A stretch of DNA of 51,101 nt from Planctomycetaceae bacterium (lineage in GTDB: Bacteria > Planctomycetota > Planctomycetia > Pirellulales > UBA1268). Below are positions 16,705 through 25,840 of this stretch, in pieces (within the stretch, counting starts at the first letter, position 1; each line of letters starts with the position of its first letter). The position numbers were made by a program, and so were the translations under genes. Under the pieces are notes generated by a model. It did no database searches and was not told the origin of the DNA. It saw nothing but the letters and a program-made list of their open reading frames with translations. The stretch is from contig CANGGC010000001.1 in the NCBI GenBank assembly GCA_947453125.1, positions 1-51,101 on the forward strand. The letters are read 5' to 3'.

Positions 16705-18972
16705 TCACGCCGGAAACCGCTTCGCATTTCCAGTCCCTGAATCACTCACCCCGCTGAGCACGCAACCAGCGACACGGACACCGGCCGATCGGAGCCGATC
16801 AACCGCCGCCAGCGTCGCGGGGACACTGCTGAGGTCACGCATGGTGGCGATGATGGCGATGTCGCTTTGCCGCCCCATGATGAGTGTGTCGGCGTAGGCC
16901 AGCACGGGACCGGCATCGATGACGACATGATCGAAGGAATCGCGGAATCCCTGGATGATCCGGGGAAAATCCTGTCGGGAGAGCGCGGTGATCGCGTCAT
17001 AGTCGACAGCGCCCGACGTGACCGCAAACAACCCGTCGATCGCCGTCGGCTGGACAACTTCGTTGTTGGTGGTCTCGCCGCGGAGCAGCTCCGCCATCCC
17101 GGGAGTCGAAGCGTCGAGTTGGAGCGCCGTATGGACAGACGGATTCCGCAGACTCCCCTCGACCAGGAGTGTGCGGTGATCGGATCTGGCGATGCTGGCG
17201 GCCAGATTGGCTGCCAAGGACGACTTGCCCTCCCGGTCCCCGGCACTGGTCACGAGAATGACCCTCGCCGATTCGCGGTTTCCCTGGAGGATGAGGGTGC
17301 GGATGCTGTCGACGCTCTCTGCCAGACGGTACTCGTTGGCACGGCCACGCCTCGACTTGCCGACCCAGGGGATCGTTCCGATCACCCTGACGCCGATCCT
17401 TGACGGGATCTCCTCGGCATCTCCGAGCCTGTTCCGCAGGTACTCGAGGGCCACGACTACCCCACCACCGAACGTCAAACCGGCAAGTCCTGCGATCGCA
17501 GCGAGCATCAATCGCTTCAGGGTGTCGTTGCCGCCGGGCACCACGGCTTCCTCGAGGAGCGTGACCCGCGGGGGGGCAGTGAGATCGAGCGACGTCGCTT
17601 CGAGTTGGAGGCCGATCTGGTCGGTGACGCGGGCGAGTTGGTCGATTTCCCCCTTACGATTCTCGAGATCGGCATTGGCATTGCCGAGATCGACGACTTG
17701 TTTCGAGATGTCTTCGTAGGAGGTTCGCGCCTTCGCGATCGCCTTGACAAGCGTTTGCCGACGGAGGGCAAGTTCACGGGGACTGACGACCCCACCGGTC
17801 GCTGCCCCCCCCGACCCGATCACGCCGAGGATCTGGGGACGGAGTTTCGTCTTCGTCGCCTCGATCTGGCGGAGCATCTGCTGCCGCCGGCCGACCATCC
17901 GCCGCACCGCCGGCTCGTTCATCCCGCGGGCGCTCCGTTCGGCTTGGCCGAGAATCGCGTCGGTCACGGCGGCGATCTGGGATTCGAGCGCGCGGATCTC
18001 CGGTTCGCGGGAGAGCGCCGCTTCGATCATGTCATCCGACGCGAGCGCCTCGTCCGTGCCCTCACCCGCCCCGGCAGCATCCTCCCCATCGCCGGCAAAC
18101 TCTGCCGCCTCCCCCTTCCGGAGGTCGTAGACGGCGATCTCGGCCTCGAGTTTCTCCAGATCATTCTCGGCCTGCACCATACGGTTTCTTGCGGTGCCGA
18201 GCTGATCCATGAGGAGACCGCGCTGCGTCGCCACCTCAGAACTGTCGCGGGTGCCGAGGGTTCGGGCGAGGTCGTTGAAGGTCTCGCGCCGGCTACGCAA
18301 TTCAGTCTGATTCTCCTTGAACTTCTTCTCGAGTTGATCGCGGCGACCGAGCCGATCCTGGCGATCCTTGTTGACGATGTCGTCGAGGTAACAAGAGGTG
18401 ATCGCATTGAGGATCTTCGCGGTTTCCTCGGCGACCGCGCCGCGGAACTTCAACTGCATCACCTCCGAGTCGCCCTGCACGACCGGTTCGATCGTCCTGG
18501 CCAACCACGTCTGAGGATCGTCCTGTTCGGTGATCATCCGCAGCGACGAGATGCCCGGCTTCCGGAGGGCTGCATTGAGCACAACGGGGCTCCGGAGCAA
18601 CTGAAGTTGCGTCTTGCGATAGGCGTCGTACTCGGCGCTCCGCCCCTCGCTGAGGAGGGTCCCGCTGGCGCGAATCCGCAACCACACCACCGCCTCGTAG
18701 CCCCGGGGCAGGAAGAGCCAGACGGGAACCGCAACGGCGATCCCCGTCAAAAGCCCGAGCGCCAGGGCCGGCAGCCAGCGCCTCCGCAGGGCATGGAGCA
18801 GACGTTTGGTGTCGAGACCGCCTTCAGCGGCTGCATCGGCCGGCGCGACAGGAAAGGCCATGCCGGGGGAAACGGGCAGCGCCATCGCCGTATCACGCAC
18901 GGCGAGAGCCCCGACCGACGGCAGCGGCGCCTTGGGCTCAGTCGCGACGGCAACAGCAGCAGTTTCGCTCAT
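16705..18972 (-). CDS. polysaccharide chain-length determinant / BY-kinase-type (Wzz + P-loop) protein
   Basis: The N-terminal TM (LALGLLTGIAVAVPVWLFL) is followed by a long coiled-coil periplasmic region and a second TM (LMLAAIAGLAGLTFGGGVVVAL). The C-terminal kinase domain has Walker A SAGDREGKSSLAANLA, Walker A' TLLVEGSLRNP and Walker B HVVIDAGPVL. Confidence 0.9.
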   Translation of the reverse strand: MSETAAVAVATEPKAPLPSVGALAVRDTAMALPVSPGMAFPVAPADAAAEGGLDTKRLLHALRRRWLPALALGLLTGIAVAVPVWLFLPRGYEAVVWLRIRASGTLLSEGRSAEYDAYRKTQLQLLRSPVVLNAALRKPGISSLRMITEQDDPQTWLARTIEPVVQGDSEVMQLKFRGAVAEETAKILNAITSCYLDDIVNKDRQDRLGRRDQLEKKFKENQTELRSRRETFNDLARTLGTRDSSEVATQRGLLMDQLGTARNRMVQAENDLEKLEAEIAVYDLRKGEAAEFAGDGEDAAGAGEGTDEALASDDMIEAALSREPEIRALESQIAAVTDAILGQAERSARGMNEPAVRRMVGRRQQMLRQIEATKTKLRPQILGVIGSGGAATGGVVSPRELALRRQTLVKAIAKARTSYEDISKQVVDLGNANADLENRKGEIDQLARVTDQIGLQLEATSLDLTAPPRVTLLEEAVVPGGNDTLKRLMLAAIAGLAGLTFGGGVVVALEYLRNRLGDAEEIPSRIGVRVIGTIPWVGKSRRGRANEYRLAESVDSIRTLILQGNRESARVILVTSAGDREGKSSLAANLAASIARSDHRTLLVEGSLRNPSVHTALQLDASTPGMAELLRGETTNNEVVQPTAIDGLFAVTSGAVDYDAITALSRQDFPRIIQGFRDSFDHVVIDAGPVLAYADTLIMGRQSDIAIIATMRDLSSVPATLAAVDRLRSAGVRVAGCVLSGVSDSGTGNAKRFPA

Positions 18973-19044
18973 GGAGGCGATACCTGGGATCGGAAACGGG
19001 ATTCACGAACGAGAATCTTGCCATCAACCGGCCCGGCCACCGCG

Positions 19045-20406
19045 TCAGCCTTTTCTCGGCGGAAACCCGACCACGGGCCCCGCGTTCCCTCTGCTCTTGC
19101 CAGCGGCACTCCCGTTCGCCTTGGCAGCGATCGGGCCGAGGCCGAGAACGGCGGGGGCGGCGGCCGTCTTGGCCTTGCGACCGGCAGACTCCGGAGCCGC
19201 CGTGGCCGAGTGGCCGAGAACAGCAGGCCCTTCGATCTCCGCAAGGAAAACGTTCGAGAGGATGTACTGTTCGGCCCACAGCATGGCCATGGCCATCGGC
19301 ATCATCACCAGACCCGCCCAGTCGTGGAACACACGCTCCGCGAACTCGGTATCAGCAACCTGATAGAGGACTCCCGTGACCGTGATCCGGATCGAGTTGA
19401 CCGCCAGCGCGATCGGAATGGCACTGGAAAGGATGATGGCGTTTTCCCACCACGAGCGGCGACCTACCATCACCAGCCCGACTGACAACGCGCAGAAAAT
19501 CGTCAACATTCGCAGCCCGCTGCAGGCATCGACGACACCGAGGTGCATCTCGCCGATGACGATCTGATTACCCTCGCGGTAAGCTTCGAGCCCCAGCGTC
19601 TGGAGGGCGAACGTACTGACCATCGTGGCCGTTGTCTGGAGCGGCCCGAGGAGGTAACGCGTTGCTTCGTCGGGGAGCGGATACATGAAGATGAGAAACA
19701 TCAGCGGGGCCCACGCCCACCGGAACACGCTCCAACCACCGAGGAGAATGAAAACTCCACAGATGGCGGGGACAAACGTGTACATATCGATCGTCACGAT
19801 CCGGTAGCTGGCCGCGAAAAGTCGCAATCCCAACGCGGCGGCGAGGAGCAACAACCCCGCCAACCGAGCCGAGAACGCCACCGGTGCCGCGATCGGCTGC
19901 CGCCACCAGAAGAGGAGGGCCGCCGAAAACAGCGGCACGATCCACCCGTGGGCGTACTGGGGGTTGGCCCAAGCGATGTAGGCGTTGGTGAGGCCGGGCA
20001 GATAGCTGTAGACGAGCAGGCCGGTAAAAATCGCGATCATGATCATCGTCGTGCGCTGGAACGGATCGCGCATGTCGACGCGGAATTCAGACCACTTCCG
20101 TTTCAGCTGACTGAAGAACTCTTCCTCGTCGTCGGCCACGGCGGCCCGCGACTGGGCGGAAAACTGCGGCAGGGCCGTGCCGTTGGCGGGAACGGCGCCC
20201 CCTGCAGCAGACGACACCTCCACCGCCAGAGCAGCTTCGGCACCGATGGCAGCCATCTCTTCGCCGCCCACCACAACGGGTTCCTGATCCGTCACCGCGA
20301 CGTCGCCGGCAACCGAGGGCTGGACCGCGGCTGGCTTGGCCCTGCTCGGAGCGGCAGCCGGGCCGAGGGGATTTTTTGGCCCAAGGCCGACAATGAGTGG
20401 TTTCAT
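19045..20406 (-). CDS. exosortase (EpsH/Xrt family), subfamily unassigned
   Basis: A multi-TM core carries the exosortase signature residues: VVDACSGLRML (Cys/Arg), AVNSIRITVTG (N..R) and FHDWAGLVMM (His). It also has an N-terminal soluble extension of about 110 aa and an Ala/Gly/Lys-rich C-terminal tail of about 65 aa. Confidence 0.85.
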   Translation of the reverse strand: MKPLIVGLGPKNPLGPAAAPSRAKPAAVQPSVAGDVAVTDQEPVVVGGEEMAAIGAEAALAVEVSSAAGGAVPANGTALPQFSAQSRAAVADDEEEFFSQLKRKWSEFRVDMRDPFQRTTMIMIAIFTGLLVYSYLPGLTNAYIAWANPQYAHGWIVPLFSAALLFWWRQPIAAPVAFSARLAGLLLLAAALGLRLFAASYRIVTIDMYTFVPAICGVFILLGGWSVFRWAWAPLMFLIFMYPLPDEATRYLLGPLQTTATMVSTFALQTLGLEAYREGNQIVIGEMHLGVVDACSGLRMLTIFCALSVGLVMVGRRSWWENAIILSSAIPIALAVNSIRITVTGVLYQVADTEFAERVFHDWAGLVMMPMAMAMLWAEQYILSNVFLAEIEGPAVLGHSATAAPESAGRKAKTAAAPAVLGLGPIAAKANGSAAGKSRGNAGPVVGFPPRKG

Positions 20407-20535
20407 GCAACACCCTAACCTGGAGTCAGAAAACCTGACACTCAGAGGAAAGTATACACGATCGGGGAGGCCGATCTCACGCGTCCACGACGCAGGCCCA
20501 AGAGGCCAAAAACCGCCTTGGACGCTTTCCGGAAA

Positions 20536-21642
20536 TCATCCCACGACCACCCGCCACAGCCATCGCCAGGCCAGTAGAAAAGCCGCCGTGGCCACCATCA
20601 GATCCCCCCCCGAGAGCCCCCGCCGCTGCAAATTCCGGGCAATCGGCTCGATCAGGCGGGAAAGAAACGGCCCCCGATCGCCGGCCGCCTCCGACCTTGA
20701 AACAGCCACTGGCCCGGGCTCGTTGAGCGGGGATGATCCGGGATCGATCGATGACGGCGGTTCTCCTTCGGGTGACGCCAAAACCGATCGGATCGATTCC
20801 GAAAACTCTCCCGTCGTCAAATCGGCGCTGTCGCCATCCCCCGCGGGGGTGGCGGGAGGAACAAGCGACGCCAACAACGCCCGAAGCCAGCCGACGACTG
20901 GTCGCAGCAGCGCGATGCACGCTGCGGCCTGCCACCCCAGGATGGCTCCAACGAGCATCAACCCCTGACGCCCCGCGGGCGTGGAAGAGCCCCCAAGCAA
21001 AGCGCCGCAGGCCAGTCCGCAAGCGGCGATTCCGAGTCCACGCCCCGGCCCTCGGCCCATCCAAGCCGGTCCCTCGATGCCGATCCCGACCGGGAGCAAC
21101 GCATTCCAGCCGACGACGATCGCCAGCGTGATACCGAAGGCCATGCGGCTCCAACGGGCCGGCACGACGCGTCCGTCGGTCTCCACCGCTGCCCCGAGAA
21201 GAAGATTGAAGAGGAGCCAGCCGTGGAGGATCGCGACGGCGATGAGGAGCGGGTCGGGACGGAGGAGAAGGTTGTCGGCGCCGGGGCGACCGACACCGAA
21301 CGCCACCCCAGGAAGCGTGCGGCCCCCCGAAAGGAGTTCAGCGGCGGCAACCCCGCCGATGACAACCGCCCCGACCGCCTCCACGAGCGGATACCTGGCG
21401 GCAATCATCGCGCCGCAGTCGCGACAACGGCCACCGAGCAGCAGCCACCCGAGTACCGGGACGTTGTCATGCCAGCGGATGGCCGATCCGCACGACGGGC
21501 AGTGGGATCCTCCATGCACGACCGACTCACCACGCGGTAGACGATGGACCACGACGTTGAGGAAACTGCCGAGATTGCCCCCGATCACGAGGAGCAATCC
21601 GATCACTACAAGGTCTGTCAGAGGAATGATCCACTCGACCAT
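20536..21642 (-). CDS. A24-family prepilin peptidase homologue (atypical)
   Basis: ATG 21642 (MVEWIIPLTDLVVIGLLLV). The N-terminal region is GSFLNVVVHRLPRGESVV and the zinc motif is CPSCGSAIRWHDNVPVLGWLLLGGRCRDCGAMIAARYPLVE, as in PilD-type enzymes. The downstream TM core is divergent (see findings). Confidence 0.75.
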   Translation of the reverse strand: MVEWIIPLTDLVVIGLLLVIGGNLGSFLNVVVHRLPRGESVVHGGSHCPSCGSAIRWHDNVPVLGWLLLGGRCRDCGAMIAARYPLVEAVGAVVIGGVAAAELLSGGRTLPGVAFGVGRPGADNLLLRPDPLLIAVAILHGWLLFNLLLGAAVETDGRVVPARWSRMAFGITLAIVVGWNALLPVGIGIEGPAWMGRGPGRGLGIAACGLACGALLGGSSTPAGRQGLMLVGAILGWQAAACIALLRPVVGWLRALLASLVPPATPAGDGDSADLTTGEFSESIRSVLASPEGEPPSSIDPGSSPLNEPGPVAVSRSEAAGDRGPFLSRLIEPIARNLQRRGLSGGDLMVATAAFLLAWRWLWRVVVG

Positions 21643-21778
21643 CACGGTCCCCGTCCTGTCGACGTACTCACCGATTCGACACGGGCCGTGATCCAACCTG
21701 GCCCGCCGCTCGATGCGGCGGCAGGCCCCGAAAAACCGAAGCTTTTCGGAATTGACCCACGGCGAACGATGCCCTCGG

Positions 21779-22927
21779 ATGGCTTTGTCCAAGGAAAGAA
21801 TAGATTACTCACTCGGCAGCCTGAATGACTTCGATCTCCCCATCGGCCCCTTCACTCCAGGGAAGACACTGATGCCAGAACGTCCGGGACACTCCCTTCC
21901 CCCCGCTCCCGAGCCGGCTCCCGGGAGTACCGGCCGGACTCGGCGGGCTGTCGGGATGCTTCTCCGGATTGTGGGCACCGTCGCGCTCATGGCGCTGACG
22001 CTCCGCAACATCGATTGGCCCCGGCTCCTCGAGTTGTTTGAGACCGTCGATTGGCGTTGGTGGGGGGCCGGTTTGGGGCTCGGGCTGGTCGTGCAGTGCC
22101 TCGCCGCCATCCGCTGGGCGGTGCTGGCCCGCCCGATCGGATTCCGCGAGCCAGTGACGGTGTTCATCCGCCGATTCTTCGAGGGGCAATTCTTCAGCCT
22201 CTGCCTGCCGACATCGATCGGCGGCGACGTGGTCAAGGCCTACCGTCTCTCCGCGACGACGCGCGGTCGGGTCCTGGCCGGCTGCACCGTCCTCGCCGAC
22301 CGGCTCGCCGGTCTCTCGGCCCTGGGGGTGATCGCGATCACGGCCCTGATCAGCAACCAGTCCTCTCTCCCCCTCCTCCCCACACTGCTGATCGGCGCCG
22401 TGCTCCTCGTCGCCGTGCTGTTGCCGGCGAGACTGATCGTCGGCCATCTCGATGCCCTCGCGAAGTTCCTTCCGTCCAACCCCGCCGTGCAGGGCGTCGT
22501 GGCCGGCCTCCTTCCTTACCAACAGAGGCCGGGGTTGATCCTCTCGGCGATCACCTGGAGCCTACTTGTGCAGATGGGCGGGGCACTGGTGGTCGACGCG
22601 GTCGGAAAGTCGATCGGAACCGATCTCCCCGTCTCTTTTTGGTTCGCGGCCGTGCCGCTGGTGGCCCTGGCGATGGTCCTTCCCATCAGCATCAGCGGTG
22701 TCGGCATCCGCGAGGGAGGCCTGGCCGTTCTTCTCGCCCCCTACGGCGTCCCTCCAGAGAAGGCCGTGGCGATCGGAATGCTCTGGTTTCTCGTCACGAT
22801 CGTCAGCGGCCTCGTCGGGGGAGTGATGTTCCTGGCCGACCGCCATCCCAGCCCCGCTTTCGATGCCGGTGGAAGTGGCCTCTCCCCCTCACCGCAAACG
22901 GACGCCCCCGCCACCGGCGGCCGCTGA
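21779..22927 (+). CDS. flippase-like / lysylphosphatidylglycerol-synthase-TM-region (UPF0104) family membrane protein
   Basis: Family-typical motifs: NIDWPRLLELFETVDWRWW, IRWAVLARPIGF and FFEGQFFSLCLPTSIGGDVVKAYRL, followed by multiple TM segments. The start is uncertain (ATG 21779 chosen; 21713 or later Mets are possible). Confidence 0.72.
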   Translation: MALSKERIDYSLGSLNDFDLPIGPFTPGKTLMPERPGHSLPPAPEPAPGSTGRTRRAVGMLLRIVGTVALMALTLRNIDWPRLLELFETVDWRWWGAGLGLGLVVQCLAAIRWAVLARPIGFREPVTVFIRRFFEGQFFSLCLPTSIGGDVVKAYRLSATTRGRVLAGCTVLADRLAGLSALGVIAITALISNQSSLPLLPTLLIGAVLLVAVLLPARLIVGHLDALAKFLPSNPAVQGVVAGLLPYQQRPGLILSAITWSLLVQMGGALVVDAVGKSIGTDLPVSFWFAAVPLVALAMVLPISISGVGIREGGLAVLLAPYGVPPEKAVAIGMLWFLVTIVSGLVGGVMFLADRHPSPAFDAGGSGLSPSPQTDAPATGGR

Positions 22928-23473
22928 TCGGCGGCCGAGGGCATCGACCAGCAACAAGCCAGCCACCGTCTTGGCATCGTCGATCGCACCGTCCAGACAC
23001 ATCCCGATTGCCTCCTCCCAACGAACGATCCGGACCCGGATCTGTTCCCCTGGTTCAAGATCCTGTTCGCCGGGCTCGAGCCCCTCTGCGATGAACAGGT
23101 GCATCCGTTCGCGGAGAATCCCCGGTGACATCCAGAACGCACCAGCCGCCGTGAGCCGGTGCGATCGGTAGCCGGTCTCCTCGGCGAGTTCACGGGCGGC
23201 GGCAGACTCGAGCGACTCGACCCGATCGAGGGTGCCGGCTGGCAACTCCAAGAGAGTCCGGCCGACCGCCACCCGGACGACCTCGACGAGACAGACTTCG
23301 ACGGGCGAAAGGAGCGGCACGACAACCACGCTGCCCGGATGTTCGATCACGTCGCGCACCCGCCCCGCCCCGCCCGGGCCCGGTTCGTGGCGACGGACGA
23401 CACGGAATCGCGTCGCCTCCAACAGCACCTCGCCGGGCCCGCCGGGCTCCATCCCCGCGCTCGCATCGCTCAT
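22889..23473 (-). CDS. NUDIX hydrolase (ADP-ribose pyrophosphatase-like)
   Basis: Nudix box: LELPAGTLDRVESLESAAARELAEETGY (GX5EX7REUXEEXGU). ATG 23473 overlaps the upstream ygfZ-like stop as ATGA. The 3' end overlaps the convergent gene by 39 nt. Confidence 0.85.
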   Translation of the reverse strand: MSDASAGMEPGGPGEVLLEATRFRVVRRHEPGPGGAGRVRDVIEHPGSVVVVPLLSPVEVCLVEVVRVAVGRTLLELPAGTLDRVESLESAAARELAEETGYRSHRLTAAGAFWMSPGILRERMHLFIAEGLEPGEQDLEPGEQIRVRIVRWEEAIGMCLDGAIDDAKTVAGLLLVDALGRRSAAAGGGGVRLR

Positions 23474-24573
23474 GCCACACCTCCCGATGTCCCTCGTGAC
23501 AGAGGCAGTTGCACCCACCGGGCGGGCACCCCCGCGACCTCCAACTCAACCCCCGCGGCCAAGGCCTGCGTCCGCATCAGGCCGAGTCCCAGCCATTCAC
23601 CGAGCCGGGGTGACGGGCCAGCCGAAGTGATCGTACCGACCGCGTCCAGCGCCCCACGGATCGTCACCGTTGCGCCTGGCCCCGCCGCAGGCCCCGCCGA
23701 CACATCGGCCGCCGTGACGATTCCCACGAAGCGCCGGTTGACATGGCCGAGAGCGTCGAGCCTGGCCACCGTCTCCTGCCCGAGATAACACCCTTTCGTG
23801 AACGAGATCGCAGCACCGTCGCGGCCGAACTCCTGGGGGAGCGCGCGTGGGGGCACATCGCAGGGAGACGGACGCCCCTCTTCGCGCCGCACCGCCTCGA
23901 GGGCTGCGGCCGATGCCTCAACGATCCCTTCGCCCCGCCATCGATCGACCAACCGCGTGGCATCGTCGCGCGGCACGACCACGAGGTACGACCCCGGCCC
24001 CAGCCACTCCCCCTGGAGGATCGCCGCCGGGATCCCCGCACAGTGCCCCGGCAGGATGCCGGCAGCAACATCGGCCACGCGGCTGTGCTGGGGGGCCATC
24101 AGCGCCAGAGGCGATACCTCCCGACCGGGCAAATCATCGGCGATTCTGGCCGGCGGGGACGCCTCGCGCTGGAGCCAGGCGCCAGCCGCCGGCCCGGCGA
24201 GGAACAGCGTGGCGAAGCGATCGGACGCGTCGACGATCTCCAGCCGCTCGCGGATGTGGTAGCGGTCGAGGTGCGTTGCCAGCGACCATCCTTTGCCGTC
24301 CCCATCCGGGGGCGGGTCGGCGTCGATCCACACGCCGTCGGCCATCCTCAGGATCGTGGCCCAGAGCAGCACCTGCCCCCGCGCGTCAGGGAAGAAGGCC
24401 TCGGTGCCGGCCCCGGGAGCGAGCGCCGCAAGGGGTGCGGTGCAGAAACCGTCGACAAACCGCACGGCATCCTCCCCCACCACGAAAATGATGCGGCGGT
24501 GGCCGGCATATCCCCAGGCGAGATGGTCGAGGAGGTCGCGGTAGCCGTCCGGAGCGATGCTGACAGGGGCCAT
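23470..24573 (-). CDS. ygfZ: folate-binding YgfZ/GcvT-like protein
   Basis: The signature ISFTKGCYLGQETVARLDALGHVNRRFVG (K-G-C-Y-x-G-Q-E) is present, with a GcvT-like N-terminal domain (IIFVVGEDAVRFVDGFCT). ATG 24573 was chosen; the longer ORF begins at 24675. Confidence 0.85.
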   Translation of the reverse strand: MAPVSIAPDGYRDLLDHLAWGYAGHRRIIFVVGEDAVRFVDGFCTAPLAALAPGAGTEAFFPDARGQVLLWATILRMADGVWIDADPPPDGDGKGWSLATHLDRYHIRERLEIVDASDRFATLFLAGPAAGAWLQREASPPARIADDLPGREVSPLALMAPQHSRVADVAAGILPGHCAGIPAAILQGEWLGPGSYLVVVPRDDATRLVDRWRGEGIVEASAAALEAVRREEGRPSPCDVPPRALPQEFGRDGAAISFTKGCYLGQETVARLDALGHVNRRFVGIVTAADVSAGPAAGPGATVTIRGALDAVGTITSAGPSPRLGEWLGLGLMRTQALAAGVELEVAGVPARWVQLPLSRGTSGGVA

Positions 24574-24926
24574 GGGGTGGTCTCGGGGAATGCGGAGGGG
24601 GGGAGAGGAATCGGTGTCGGAGCCGAACCGGGCGCCGCGGTGGGAAAAAAGTTCCTGTTCCGCGCGAACGAGCACGCCCCCTCCGGCGTATTGGTTCCTG
24701 TCACGTCCCCCGTGGGATGTGGCCGGTGACGGATGGTCGGCACATCCGACTTGCCGCTGCCGGTAGAGTTATCCAGTCGGGTCCCCCTGGCAAGGCAGGA
24801 TCCGGTTCTGGCGAGCGGCGTCCGCGCCGGCCCATTTCTTACGTGCTCGCTGTACCCCCGTTCGATGGCCCGCGCTCCCGGTGCGCCTTCGCGTCGGAGG
24901 CCCAGGAACTGCAGGAGGATTCCACC

Positions 24927-25556
24927 ATGGCGACAGTCCACTACGAAACCGACTTCCAGGATCGCTACGACGATCCCGAGGACGGGATGCAGCACCCCTT
25001 CGCGGTGGCCGACAGCGGTGTCTCCGACGCCGTCCGTGCCGAAGCCGACGCCTGTCTTGCTCACACTCCCGTCAAGCCGCGGACGACGGCCCGGCAGCAG
25101 AAGCGTCTCCACCGACTGGCGGACGTCCGCCAGCAGCAAGGGGTGACGCTGCGGAACGTCGCCCGCCGGCTCGGTGTCGAGATTTCGGTCGTCCGGCGCC
25201 AGGAACAGGAGACCTGCGACCTGCGAATCTCCGACCTTCTCGGCTGGCAGGAGGTTCTCGAGGTGCCGATCGCCGAACTCCTCGTTGAAGCCGAAGGCCA
25301 GCTCTCCGGGCCGGTTCTCGAACGCTCGCGAATGGTGAAGCTGATGAAGACTGCCGCCGCCATCCGGGAACAGACCGACGGCACGGCAACGCACCGCCTG
25401 GCCAACATGCTCATCGGCCAGATCCTCGAGATCATGCCCGAATTGCAGGATGTCTCGCCGTGGCACCATGCCGCGCAGCGCCGCACACTCGACGATGTCG
25501 GTCGGGCGGCCCGAAACGTCGTTTCCGACGAGGTGTTCCGGCAACCGACCTCGTAG
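24927..25556 (+). CDS. XRE-family helix-turn-helix domain protein
   Basis: ATG 24927 is preceded by GGAGGA (24914-24919). The HTH region is LADVRQQQGVTLRNVARRLGVEISVVRRQEQETCDLRISDLLGWQEVLEVPIAELL. Confidence 0.7.
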   Translation: MATVHYETDFQDRYDDPEDGMQHPFAVADSGVSDAVRAEADACLAHTPVKPRTTARQQKRLHRLADVRQQQGVTLRNVARRLGVEISVVRRQEQETCDLRISDLLGWQEVLEVPIAELLVEAEGQLSGPVLERSRMVKLMKTAAAIREQTDGTATHRLANMLIGQILEIMPELQDVSPWHHAAQRRTLDDVGRAARNVVSDEVFRQPTS

Positions 25557-25618
25557 GACATCCGCTCCCCGCGAAGCGGGCACGGACGAATGTGAACGTC
25601 TTGTGGACGGCCGGGGCC

Positions 25619-25804
25619 ATGCCTACGATGACCGTCCGGCGGCGTGGGCCCCGGTCAGCGTTTCAGGCCGGAGCGGATTCGACCGTCGTCACTCCCGGAA
25701 ACCGGAGGGCTTGCGTCGTGTTTTCTCTGCTAGGTGTCGTGGGGATCGCGTTGATCCTGTTCGTGGTGGTCGCCGCCACGGCAGGGGTCGTGTTCGGCAA
25801 GTGA
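25619..25804 (+). CDS. possible small single-TM protein (61 aa)
   Basis: ATG 25619 lies within ORF 25460..25804. The C-terminal half, VVFSLLGVVGIALILFVVVAATAGVVFGK, is a clean TM helix. I recognise no homology, so this may be spurious. Confidence 0.3.
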   Translation: MPTMTVRRRGPRSAFQAGADSTVVTPGNRRACVVFSLLGVVGIALILFVVVAATAGVVFGK

Positions 25805-25840
25805 TTCGCAAGCGGCGCGCGGACGAAGCCGTCGTCGCTT

